From: Candidatus Poribacteria bacterium | GTDB lineage: Bacteria > Poribacteria > WGA-4E > WGA-3G | DNA length: 64,000 nt | Reading direction: 5' to 3' | NCBI GenBank assembly: GCA_964291315.2 | Contig: OZ219753.1 | Span: forward strand, 1,184,001 to 1,248,000 | In this document: in pieces, positions 9,505 through 19,241 of the stretch | How positions within the stretch are numbered: position 1 is the stretch's first letter | Layout: the number at the start of each line of letters is the position of its first letter | Program-made: the position numbers and the translations under genes | Notes under the pieces: model-generated | Seen by the model: the letters and a program-made list of their open reading frames with translations, nothing else | Database searches by the model: none | What the model was told of the DNA's origin: nothing

Positions 9505-10419
9505 ATGCCCACCAAATCCGTTGCCGAAATAAGACAACTCCTTGAAAAGCTCTACCCGGAACGAACACTCCGTTTGCGGTGCTTGTCTCTGTTCGCGGAG
9601 AGCATCAAACATGCCCACTCTCATGCACCAGATAACTGGGTTGTTGTTGTTCCTTCGAACCAATCAAGAATCCGACTCACAGTTGGGCACTTAGTGCCTT
9701 TTACACTAGAACGTGGCAAGGTTTGGATGGCGCTTGATCTAGAAGCATTGGAAGAGCTGCCGCAGGCTATGATGCTCCTCAATGAAGCACAGGGTTGGCA
9801 GTGGCAGACTGGACTCTATTCAGAGTACAAACCTGTTCCATCTCGGAACGGCTACTATTTTCCAGATGCTGATCCTTCGGAAAAACTATTCCCCACAGTT
9901 TGGGAGCTAAATTGTGCTTATGTCAAACGGATCGGAATCTTAAAATATAAACTTCATCCTCAGAGTCGAAGGGCATACCAACCGGCTATCTTGGAATTTT
10001 TACGGCAAGAGTTGAAATGCTCCCTACTAGAACCCGGAACACAACCCCAAATTGATATAGAACTGCCGGAAGAAGTTAGTGAAAATGAAGTTTTCCCTGA
10101 AGGCACGCGTAAGCAGATCTCGGTAAATGCTTACGAGCGCAATCCGACTGCCCGGCGTAAGTGCTTGGAATACTACGGCACCTGTTGTGCGGTATGCACA
10201 CAAGATATGTCGGAAATCTATGGGCCCGCAGCCGCGGGTTTGATTCACGTTCACCACCTTAAACCGTTGAGTAAGGTTCGAGAAGGGTATTGTGTAGATC
10301 CGATTGACGATCTGCGGCCGGTCTGTCCGAATTGTCATGCTGTCATTCACCGTCGCAAACGGCCATACACAATAGAAGAGGTAAAGAAATTTTTGGAAAA
10401 GGCGAAACGGGATACATAG
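9505..10419 (+). CDS. HNH endonuclease, McrA-like (putative modification-dependent restriction)
   Basis: EG...VNAYERNPTARRKCLEYYG..CAVC...IHVHHLKPLS...DLRPVCPNCHAVIH. Confidence 0.85.
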   Translation: MPTKSVAEIRQLLEKLYPERTLRLRCLSLFAESIKHAHSHAPDNWVVVVPSNQSRIRLTVGHLVPFTLERGKVWMALDLEALEELPQAMMLLNEAQGWQWQTGLYSEYKPVPSRNGYYFPDADPSEKLFPTVWELNCAYVKRIGILKYKLHPQSRRAYQPAILEFLRQELKCSLLEPGTQPQIDIELPEEVSENEVFPEGTRKQISVNAYERNPTARRKCLEYYGTCCAVCTQDMSEIYGPAAAGLIHVHHLKPLSKVREGYCVDPIDDLRPVCPNCHAVIHRRKRPYTIEEVKKFLEKAKRDT

Positions 10420-10469
10420 AGCAATAGAGATAATAACTGTTAGCGAAATAAAAACAACACGGAGAACCT

Positions 10470-12560
10470 ATGACCGAACCCAGCATCATCGAAACTGTCC
10501 TCAAAGACAGCAAATATCACCTCGACCTATTCAATACATCCGAAATTCAGGATTTATCCGAAAAGATCCAAGGCACGGAAAAACCTATTATCTACTGCCC
10601 CATCCGTAGAAAAGCGATCCAGCTAAAACCCGAGGAGCTCATCCGCCAACTCTACCTCGAACGACTGCTGACGCAATACCGCTATCCGCAAGATCGCGTG
10701 CGGTTTGAATACGTTGTGAATTTTGGGAGAGAGCGAAAACGCGCCGATATTGTTATCCTCGACAGAGATAGACCGGATACCCCGTATATTATCATCGAGG
10801 TAAAGAAGCCTAAGCTCCAAGATGGGAAGGATCAACTCCGATCCTATTGCAACGCCACGGGTGCCCCTATTGCTGTATGGACAAACGGACAACAGATCTC
10901 ACACTACCACCGAAAAGACCCGAATTACTTCGAAGATATTACCGATATCCCCAACGCCGAGCAAACCCTCGCCGACGTACTCAACGAACGTTTTACGCTC
11001 AAGGACCTTATCCTCAATGATAAGCTCACAACTGATCGGAAATCCTTAAAGGATATCATTTTGGAATTAGAGGACGAAGTCCTCGCCAACGCAGGTGTCG
11101 ACGTTTTTGAGGAGGTGTTCAAACTCATCTTTACCAAACTCTATGATGAATTCAAGAGCCAAAACGACAAGATGTTTATCAATCATCACTTACAGCAAAG
11201 CATCAACACCGCTATCCAAGAAACAGATCACGCTTACGAGGGCGAAAACTCAGATTATGAGACTCTTAGGAAAGCGGTCGAAAAGATTCCAGATGAAAAC
11301 ATAGTCCGCAAGATGGCGTTTAGGAACACAGGACAAACTGATTCGGAACTGAAGACTAAAATTCAGAGACTTTTTGACGACGCGAAAAATCAGTGGACAG
11401 GTGTCTTTCCGGAGTACTCAACTTTTAAACTTTCTGACAGTCATCTTGCGGTTTGTGTGTCTAGTTTACAAAACATAAAATTGTTTAACTCCAATCTGCG
11501 GGTCATTGATGAGGCGTTTGAATACCTTGTCAGTAAATCAGCTAAGGGGGAAAAGGGGCAATACTTCACACCTCGCCACGTCATAGACATGTGCGTGAAG
11601 ATGCTCAATCCGCAGCCAGGTGAATATATGATCGACACTGCCGCAGGCAGTTGCGGATTTCCAGTACATACCGTTTTCAAACTTACAGGGCGGAATTTTA
11701 CAAATGCTGAAATCCCGCCGGAGCACAAAGAACACGTCCTCAAAGTCTTCGGCATCGACTTTGATGAAAAAGCCGTTAGGATTTCAAGAACACTCAACCT
11801 AATTGCTGGAGACGGTGAGACCAACGTCTTACACCTCAATACGTTAGACTACCAACGTTGGAGTGACAGAGCTGAGAAAGATAGGATATGGATAATGACG
11901 TACGGTAGAGGATTTGATAGACTTAAAACGCTAAGCGTCGAACCGGAGAATAACAAAATGTTTAATTTTGATGTTCTGATGGCAAATCCGCCCTTTGCCG
12001 GAGATATCAAAGAACGCCGCATCCTCCACCAATACAACCTCGGTTTTAAGAGGGATGGCAAAGCACAAAACAGAGTCGGACGCGATATTCTGTTTATTGA
12101 ACGCAACCTCGATTTCCTCAAACCCGGGGGACGCATGGCGATTGTTCTGCCTCAAGGTAGGTTTAACAATACGTCTGACAAGTACGTCCGTGATTTCATC
12201 GCAGAGAACGCCCGCATCTTAGCCATAGTCGGTTTGCATACCAATACCTTCAAACCGCACACCGGCACCAAAACCAGCGTCCTCTTCGTGCAAAAGTGGA
12301 ACGATGATCCATCTAAAGGCCCCCTGTGTCCCAGGGTCGAGGACTATCCTATCTTCTTTTCAGTAAGCGATAAGGGTGGCAAAGATACCTCCGGTGATTA
12401 TATTTACTTGAAAAATTCCAATGGGCAACCCAAATTGGATAAGAATGGGCATCTGATTATCGAACACGACCTGCACAACCACGATGGCGAACTACCAAAC
12501 GGTATTGCTGAAGAATTTATTCAGTGGGCCAAGAGTGAAGGATTAAGTTTTTGGAGGTAG
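10470..12560 (+). CDS. Fused restriction endonuclease (HSDR_N-type PD-(D/E)xK) and N6-adenine methyltransferase (Type IIG/IIB-like R-M subunit)
   Basis: N-terminal PEELIRQ...RADIVI...IIEVK...QLRSY...TNG; MTase GQYFTPRHV, DTAAGSCGF, NPPF, LKPGGRMAIVLPQG. Confidence 0.9.
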   Translation: MTEPSIIETVLKDSKYHLDLFNTSEIQDLSEKIQGTEKPIIYCPIRRKAIQLKPEELIRQLYLERLLTQYRYPQDRVRFEYVVNFGRERKRADIVILDRDRPDTPYIIIEVKKPKLQDGKDQLRSYCNATGAPIAVWTNGQQISHYHRKDPNYFEDITDIPNAEQTLADVLNERFTLKDLILNDKLTTDRKSLKDIILELEDEVLANAGVDVFEEVFKLIFTKLYDEFKSQNDKMFINHHLQQSINTAIQETDHAYEGENSDYETLRKAVEKIPDENIVRKMAFRNTGQTDSELKTKIQRLFDDAKNQWTGVFPEYSTFKLSDSHLAVCVSSLQNIKLFNSNLRVIDEAFEYLVSKSAKGEKGQYFTPRHVIDMCVKMLNPQPGEYMIDTAAGSCGFPVHTVFKLTGRNFTNAEIPPEHKEHVLKVFGIDFDEKAVRISRTLNLIAGDGETNVLHLNTLDYQRWSDRAEKDRIWIMTYGRGFDRLKTLSVEPENNKMFNFDVLMANPPFAGDIKERRILHQYNLGFKRDGKAQNRVGRDILFIERNLDFLKPGGRMAIVLPQGRFNNTSDKYVRDFIAENARILAIVGLHTNTFKPHTGTKTSVLFVQKWNDDPSKGPLCPRVEDYPIFFSVSDKGGKDTSGDYIYLKNSNGQPKLDKNGHLIIEHDLHNHDGELPNGIAEEFIQWAKSEGLSFWR

Positions 12561-12561
12561 A

Positions 12562-13185
12562 ATGCCCAATTCTGACAATATCGAACTTTGGAAGGAAAAA
12601 GCGGAAATCGATTATATTCCACCTTTTATGGCTTTATGGCTTTCCTTAAATGCATGGATGAAAAAGCATTTTGGACCTAAGACTGATAGAGTTAAATTGG
12701 AGCAGTTAAAAGGGGGTGGTGGCTCACTTCATGACAAATTTTCGGACTTAATCAGGAGCGAGGGTTTCAACGGTATTCTTTTTAGAGGATACTTCGGAGA
12801 ACTACACAGAGCATTGGTAAACGCCCACATTCCTTACAGTTACGGGCGGAGGAGCTCTGATAAAACAATTAGTTTCGAATCCTGTATTATTGAATGGAAC
12901 AACGGACGCCCCCAGTTTGATTCTATCCTAGTCGAAAAAGAACACAATCACTTGTCATTTGAAACTCCATCGATGTTTGATGAAAACGATGAAGAAAAAA
13001 TAAAATTAGATGATGAACTGTGGGTCGAAAACGCCCCTGAGCGTTTGTTTGTGGCTTATATAGAGATCGTCTATCAAGTTCGCTGTGCTCTTTTTCATGC
13101 AGATTTAGCACCAAACTCCGATGAAAACAAACGTGTCATTAAGCAGCTCTACTTAACACTCTCAATGATCATGGAGAACATTTGA
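12562..13185 (+). CDS. Hypothetical protein with HEPN-like RxxxxH motif
   Basis: FMALWLSLNAW N-terminal helix and C-terminal YQVRCALFHAD; tightly coupled to both neighbours. Confidence 0.6.
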   Translation: MPNSDNIELWKEKAEIDYIPPFMALWLSLNAWMKKHFGPKTDRVKLEQLKGGGGSLHDKFSDLIRSEGFNGILFRGYFGELHRALVNAHIPYSYGRRSSDKTISFESCIIEWNNGRPQFDSILVEKEHNHLSFETPSMFDENDEEKIKLDDELWVENAPERLFVAYIEIVYQVRCALFHADLAPNSDENKRVIKQLYLTLSMIMENI

Positions 13186-14564
13186 TGCAGTATTCAATTG
13201 TTAATTTTTCAGACGTTAAATCTGTCTATGACTTCAGGATTGATGCACAATACTGGCATCCCGTTTTCATTCGAAATAGTGCCCTTGTTCCCGTGCATCA
13301 AAAATTGAGGGATTTTGTATGTCAAAACATAACAAACATCAAATCATCCCCTATAAATCGGGGCTTTGAATATCTCGAGATTTCTCAAATTTCAGTGAAC
13401 AGTTTTGAATATCAAACGACAAAAGTAAAATTAGGTCAGGAGCCGGACCGAGCTCGTTCTCTTTTAAAAAAAGGGGATGTTGTCGTTTCTACCGTCAGAC
13501 CTAATAGAAACGCGATTGCCCTCATTAAAGCCGATGGTATTGTCGGTAGCAGCGGGTTAGCAGTTCTCAGACCTAACAACATAGAGACGGAGTATCTACT
13601 TGCTTTCTGCAAAACCAACTACTTTATAAACTGTTTGATGAGGGCAGATAAGGCGAGCATGTATCCTGCTGTTTCAATCAGTCAGGTTTTGGATACGCCT
13701 CTGTTTGTTCCTACTAAATTTTTTCGATTGCTGATTGTGGACACTGTTAGAAATTCTATTTCCGCTCTCGACAAATCCAAACAGACTTATACCGAAGCAG
13801 AGACGCTCCTTCTTACTGAACTCGGGCTCGCAAACTGGCAACCGAGGCAGCGGTTAACCTTCGTCAAAAGCTTTTCAGATATCCAAAGTGCGGGGAGAAT
13901 TGATGCAGACTATTTCCAGCCCAAATATGATGACATCATCAACGCTATCAAAAATTATTCAGGTGGTTGGGACACTTTGGGAAATTTGACAACGCTTAAA
14001 AAATGTGTTGAGGTGGGTAGTAAAGAATACCTTGAGGCCGGCATTCCGTTCATTCGGGTGAGTAATCTCAGTCCGTTCGAAATTACACAAGAGAAGTACA
14101 TTTCAGAAGAATTGTACGTAAAAATCAAGGAACATCAACCAAAACAGGGAGAGATCCTTCTCAGCAAGGATGCAACCCCCGGCATAGCCTATTATCTGCG
14201 CAAAACCCCGAAGAAGATGATTCCATCAAGTGGGATACTCCGATTAAAAAGCAAAACGGATAAAATTGGAAAAGAATACCTGACGCTGCTACTTAATTCT
14301 ATCCTGACTCAAGAACAGGTCAATCGAGATGTCGGGGGATCGGTAATTTCCCATTGGAGAGCGGAGCAGGTAGCAGAAACAGCCATACCCATTCTGTACC
14401 AAGAAAAACAGACTGAGATTGAACAAAAGGTCCTTGAATCTTTCAGTTTACGTCAGCGTGCGAAAGTCCTCTTAGAGCAAGCCAAGTGCGCTGTCGAGAT
14501 CGCAATTGAGCAAGACGAACAAGCTGCTATTGATTGGTTGGAATCTGCTGGGGAAGTGGATTGA
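13185..14564 (+). CDS. Restriction-modification specificity subunit (HsdS-like, two TRDs)
   Basis: Two repeats starting RIDAQYW/RIDADYF, GDVVVSTVRP, GEILLSKD.TPG, IP...Q.EI helical spacers; TGATG overlap with the upstream ORF. Confidence 0.85.
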   Translation: MQYSIVNFSDVKSVYDFRIDAQYWHPVFIRNSALVPVHQKLRDFVCQNITNIKSSPINRGFEYLEISQISVNSFEYQTTKVKLGQEPDRARSLLKKGDVVVSTVRPNRNAIALIKADGIVGSSGLAVLRPNNIETEYLLAFCKTNYFINCLMRADKASMYPAVSISQVLDTPLFVPTKFFRLLIVDTVRNSISALDKSKQTYTEAETLLLTELGLANWQPRQRLTFVKSFSDIQSAGRIDADYFQPKYDDIINAIKNYSGGWDTLGNLTTLKKCVEVGSKEYLEAGIPFIRVSNLSPFEITQEKYISEELYVKIKEHQPKQGEILLSKDATPGIAYYLRKTPKKMIPSSGILRLKSKTDKIGKEYLTLLLNSILTQEQVNRDVGGSVISHWRAEQVAETAIPILYQEKQTEIEQKVLESFSLRQRAKVLLEQAKCAVEIAIEQDEQAAIDWLESAGEVD

Positions 14565-14771
14565 GGAAGGGCATATCTTTCAATGGAGGAACGGCGGCCT
14601 CCAAACTAGTACCAGCAAATCCCAAAAAATGACTTGCCGATTTTACGCCAACCTGCTACACTGTTTAAATGGGTTTAGGGTGATACAGCTACGAATTGGT
14701 GGAGACTTTCTCCGTTTCTGCCCATCCTGCTAGAGTTAAAGGATAAAACGGACTAGCACTTGGAGTACCTC

Positions 14772-15209
14772 ATGAAAACGATACTTGCTCTCTTGACGCT
14801 ATTTTCGACGATTGCTTTACCCGCTTTTGGTGAGTTAACCAACGCGGACCTCAATCAGATGCGCTTGATTGTTCAAGAAGAAATCAGGCCTATAAAAGCC
14901 GACATCATAACGCTAAAAACTGATTTGGCGGTCGTAAAATTGGAAGTTGCAAATCTAAAAGAGAAAGTGGCAGATTTAAAAGATACTGTCAATAACGACT
15001 TCGGTGCCATTCAAAAGAATTTTGACAGACAAAATAACATCATTATTGCCTGCATCGGTATCCCTTTGGCAATTCTCGCCATCGCTGCAACGGTGTGGGG
15101 CATCTTAGCAAATAGGCGCAGCAGAAAAGATCAAGCACTTGAAAAGCAGATTGAGACGCTTACACAAGAAATCGAAACACTCAAGCAACAGCGAATTGTG
15201 AATCCCTAG
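14772..15209 (+). CDS. Secreted or membrane coiled-coil protein
   Basis: GGAG RBS, signal peptide (..ALPAFG), coiled coil, one TM helix, C-terminal coil. Confidence 0.7.
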   Translation: MKTILALLTLFSTIALPAFGELTNADLNQMRLIVQEEIRPIKADIITLKTDLAVVKLEVANLKEKVADLKDTVNNDFGAIQKNFDRQNNIIIACIGIPLAILAIAATVWGILANRRSRKDQALEKQIETLTQEIETLKQQRIVNP

Positions 15210-15403
15210 ACTTAATAAGGAAGGATCCCAATTTAGATGAATAAACCCAGCATTCATAGTTCCTTCTCACATAAGTAGACTGCCCTCTTAAAACTAATAC
15301 GCCCCACACATTTTGAAAATGCTTTGCTTAAAAATGCCCGTTGTGTTAGAATAGGGGTGCATTAATCAGACTAAAATGGAGCAGGTTACGGAAAAATATA
15401 GAT

Positions 15404-18400
15404 ATGACCCTTCAAGAAATAATTTTGGCGTTAGAAAAATTTTGGGCAGACCAAGGCTGCATCATCCAACATCCGTGTGATATAGAAGTAGGTGCAGGCA
15501 CATTTAACCCCGCGACCTTTTTACGGTGCCTCGGACCGGAGCCGTGGAAGGTTGCCTATGTAGAACCGGTCCGGCGTCCAACCGATGGTAGATACGGTGA
15601 AAACCCTTTTCGGGTTGGCGCGTACTATCAATATCAGGTCATTCTCAAGCCGGCCCCGGAGAACGTTCTTCCGCTCTACCTTGAAAGTCTTTATCATCTC
15701 GGTATCTCGCCCCGCAAGAACGATATCCGATTTGTGGAAGACGACTGGGAGTCCCCAACCCTGGGTGCGTCTGGATTGGGTTGGGAGGTTTGGTGGAACG
15801 GCGCGGAGGTCACGCAATTCACCTATTTTCAGCAGATGGGGAGTATTGACCTTGCGCCCGTCTGTGCTGAGATTACCTACGGGCTTGAACGCATCGCGCT
15901 CTACCTACAAGATGTGGATAACTTCTTCGACATCCGCTGGAACGAACACGTTAACTACGGGGATGTACATCGGCAGAGCGAAGTCGAATATTCAACTTAC
16001 AATTTTGAGCGTGCCGATGTAGAGATGCTTTTTGAGCTGTTCGGCACCTACGAGAAGGAGACGCACGCCTGCCTAGATGCTGGGTTAGTGCTACCGGCTA
16101 CTGATCACGTTCTGAAGTGTTCCCACACCTTCAACATGCTTGATGCCCGCGGTGTTATCAGCGTCACAGAGCGGGTCAGTTACATTGAACGTGTGCGGCG
16201 GCTCGCCCAACGGATTGCCCGGGCTTACGTCAAACAACGTGAAGAGATGGCACACCCGCTTGTGGGGCGTTTCGGCACGGGAACTCAACCTATCGGAGAT
16301 AGCGGCTTCGTTCCGGTAACCGACAGCGCCGTATCACCGTCTCAAGAGACTGCTGATTTTCTTTTTGAAATCGGCACGGAAGAGATACCTGCGAGCTATG
16401 TTCCGCCTGTGCTTGCGCAGCTTCGCGAGATCGCAACTGAGTCACTTACAGATCAGAGGATCCCGTTCGGTGCCATCGAGACGCTCGGTACTCCGCGTCG
16501 GGTTACGGTCAGTATCAAGCGCGTAAAGACGTTTCAAGAAAGTCGAGAGACAGAGGTGGTGGGACCGCCAAAGCGTGTGGCTTATGACGAGAGGGGCGAG
16601 CCGACAAAAGCTGCTATCGGCTTCGCGCGGACGCAAGGGGTTGAGCTCGCCGCCCTCCGCATCGTCGAAACCGAGCGGGGCGAATATGTTGCTGCCTCTA
16701 AACTTGAAACGGGCGAACCGACGCGGGCGGTTTTGAAAAAACTCCTGCCCGAATGGGTCCAAGCCCTTCGCTTTCCGAAAACGATGCGCTGGGAAACAGA
16801 GTCTGGGGATGCAGGCACTTTCGCTCGTTTCGCGCGCCCGATCCGATGGCTTGTGGCACTATTGGGCGCTGATGTCGTCAGCTGCACCTACGGTGCCGTG
16901 GAGGCGGGACGCGTCACCTATGGACATAGGTCCTTGCATCCTGAGCCGATAGCCCTGGCATCCGCGGACTTAGAGGTCTATGCTGAGAGGCTGCGCGCCG
17001 CAGGTGTGATTGTTTGTCAAAATGAGCGCCGTGAAACGATCAAAAAACAGGTTGCAACCCTTTTAAAAGCGGAAGGTTGTCTGCCTATACTCGACGACGA
17101 ATTGCTTGACACAGTAAATTATCTCGTAGAGAACCCGCAGCCCGTCGTTGGCAATTTTAGCGAGTCGCATCTGAAAATACCGTCTGAGGTGCTAATCACG
17201 GCTATGAAGAAGCATCAGCGTTATTTTCCGATGTGGATGTCGGAGACTGCTCTTGCTGCGAAATTTATTACGATTTCCAACGGTACAGATGGCAATATTG
17301 AGGGTGTTCGGCATGGAAACGAACGGGTGCTCCATGCTCGCCTCAACGATGCTGCGTTTTTCTATCGGGAGGATCAGAAAACCGGGCTTGCCGATAAGGT
17401 GGAACGTTTAGGTGCGGTCGTTTTCCATGCCAAACTGGGTTCGCTTTTAGAAAAGGTGGAACGACTTAAGACCCTTGTTTCATATATCGGCGGCCACCTG
17501 CGGCTTTCGGAAACGTCTGTGCATCATGCGGCGCGCGCGGCGTGGTTGTGTAAGGCAGACTTGACGACGCAAATGGTTATAGAATTTCCATCACTGCAGG
17601 GCATCACAGGGCGACATTACGCGCGCAACTCGGGCGAGGTGGCATCTGTTGCTGCGGCTATTGCGGAACACTACCAACCGCTTGGTGCGGATACGCCGCT
17701 GCCTGAAACTGAGATCGGTGCGATCGTTTCTATCGCTGATAAGATCGACACGATTGTCGGCTATTTCGGAATAGGAGAGCGTCCGACAGGTTCGCAAGAC
17801 CCGTACTCGTTACGGCGAAACGCCCTCGGCACAATTCGTATAGTTCAAGAGCTGCAGCTGTCACTCTCTTTAGGGGCGGTTGTCCAAAAGGCACACTCAC
17901 TTTACGGAGTCGCGTTGGCGGGCGATACGGAGACGAGCGTTCTTAACTTCATCAAAGAACGTCTACGCGTCATCTTGCTGCAAACGCAGCGGTTCGCTCC
18001 GGATCTTGCCGATGCTGTGTTAGCGGTGGGTGAGGTTGACGTTATTGATGTTTTCAGCCGCGCCACCGCGCTTGCCGAATTTCGCTTGACACCGAGTTTC
18101 GAGGCAGTCTATAATGCCTTGAATCGGGTGCTGCGAATTTTACCGCAGCGTCCCCCGGAGACGGTAGAGACTACGTTGCTCCGTGAAGTGGCTGAAAAGC
18201 GATTGTCTGACGTTATCACTGAATTAGAGCCGGGCTTTAAGCGGAGTCTTCGGGAAGGTGACTACGGTAAGCTCTTAGCGCAACTGGCTGCTTTACAGCC
18301 AACTATCGACAAATTCTTTGATGAAGTGCTGGTTATGGCGAAAGAACCAGCCCTGCGCGCCAACCGGTTGGCGCTGTTGAATCGAATTGGACAGAATGTT

Positions 18401-18445
18401 TATGCGGTTGCTGATCTCACAAAGCTCGTAATCGCTGGGAACTGA
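15404..18445 (+). CDS. glyQS: Fused glycine--tRNA ligase alpha/beta subunit
   Basis: Alpha motifs [28 protein letters not shown]; beta motifs [36 protein letters not shown], all in one ORF. Confidence 0.95.
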   Translation: MTLQEIILALEKFWADQGCIIQHPCDIEVGAGTFNPATFLRCLGPEPWKVAYVEPVRRPTDGRYGENPFRVGAYYQYQVILKPAPENVLPLYLESLYHLGISPRKNDIRFVEDDWESPTLGASGLGWEVWWNGAEVTQFTYFQQMGSIDLAPVCAEITYGLERIALYLQDVDNFFDIRWNEHVNYGDVHRQSEVEYSTYNFERADVEMLFELFGTYEKETHACLDAGLVLPATDHVLKCSHTFNMLDARGVISVTERVSYIERVRRLAQRIARAYVKQREEMAHPLVGRFGTGTQPIGDSGFVPVTDSAVSPSQETADFLFEIGTEEIPASYVPPVLAQLREIATESLTDQRIPFGAIETLGTPRRVTVSIKRVKTFQESRETEVVGPPKRVAYDERGEPTKAAIGFARTQGVELAALRIVETERGEYVAASKLETGEPTRAVLKKLLPEWVQALRFPKTMRWETESGDAGTFARFARPIRWLVALLGADVVSCTYGAVEAGRVTYGHRSLHPEPIALASADLEVYAERLRAAGVIVCQNERRETIKKQVATLLKAEGCLPILDDELLDTVNYLVENPQPVVGNFSESHLKIPSEVLITAMKKHQRYFPMWMSETALAAKFITISNGTDGNIEGVRHGNERVLHARLNDAAFFYREDQKTGLADKVERLGAVVFHAKLGSLLEKVERLKTLVSYIGGHLRLSETSVHHAARAAWLCKADLTTQMVIEFPSLQGITGRHYARNSGEVASVAAAIAEHYQPLGADTPLPETEIGAIVSIADKIDTIVGYFGIGERPTGSQDPYSLRRNALGTIRIVQELQLSLSLGAVVQKAHSLYGVALAGDTETSVLNFIKERLRVILLQTQRFAPDLADAVLAVGEVDVIDVFSRATALAEFRLTPSFEAVYNALNRVLRILPQRPPETVETTLLREVAEKRLSDVITELEPGFKRSLREGDYGKLLAQLAALQPTIDKFFDEVLVMAKEPALRANRLALLNRIGQNVYAVADLTKLVIAGN

Positions 18446-18579
18446 TAAAATAGTCATCAGCTATGAACTATAAGGTGGTTACACCTTCACCAAAAGGCGT
18501 TCTCTCATGTGTGTATTATATGACTCTTCTGCAAAATAGGTGACTTTTTTCTTGTATATCAGAGAAACTGAAAAAAGAC

Positions 18580-18608
18580 TTGACATGAGGTGCGTTTTAA
18601 GATATACT
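18580..18608 (+). promoter_or_regulatory. Sigma70 promoter upstream of the lamin-tail protein gene
   Basis: TTGACA-17 nt-TATACT. Confidence 0.65.
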
Positions 18609-19241
18609 TAATAAATAATATATTGTAGAAGATGCAGCATGAAATAGTCCGAAAGTGAATTTGTAATCTATGCGACATATGAAAGCTTTAGACACAGGCT
18701 CCAGAATTAGCACGTCAGATCGGCTTAGCCCCCTCTTGGGTATTCAGTGCCTATTATATCGTCTAATCCGTGCATTTAGTTGGCTTTTTAGCGATTACCC
18801 CCCCCCTTACCTTTACACACAGTAAGTGTTTTATCCCCTTTATCACAAAACATACCGGCGCACCGCGGCTCTACCCACTTTGCGCCTGCTCGCCAGCTGA
18901 CCCAACAGCACAAGATCGCACACCGGCCACAGAGCGTCCGGCAGCCGAAGATAGGCAGGAGCAAAGCCGATCCTATAGCAAAAGAGACAGCCGCTCTATT
19001 CTTTTCATATGTTTTATGCTGGCGTTCCGTTTTCACGCCCTTTAGGGACACTTGGTGCCGCCATTCAAAATACGCAAGGACAAGGCGGACTGAAATTTGG
19101 AGGCTGCCCCCGTTCCCTCTTCCTATGGAGAGCTGGAGGGTTCTTCACATAAAGTTGATTTCGTAAGCAGAGCGAATGGATCTGTCATCCGTGATTCCAT
19201 TCTTATTTGATTTATGTTTAATATATGAATAACAGAGGAGG

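Noticed and set aside
10470-14564. Classical Type I R-M system
   Set aside because: There is no HsdR helicase gene, and the nuclease domain is fused to the methyltransferase.
4866-15342. AAAATGCCCGTT at ~4866 and ~15331 as att sites of one island
   Set aside because: Only about 12 bp, not part of the tRNA, and it would enclose the core gene recO; probably chance.
18770-19051. Short ORFs on either strand in the glyQS-LTD intergenic region
   Set aside because: No RBS or recognisable motifs and atypical composition; more likely non-coding leader.
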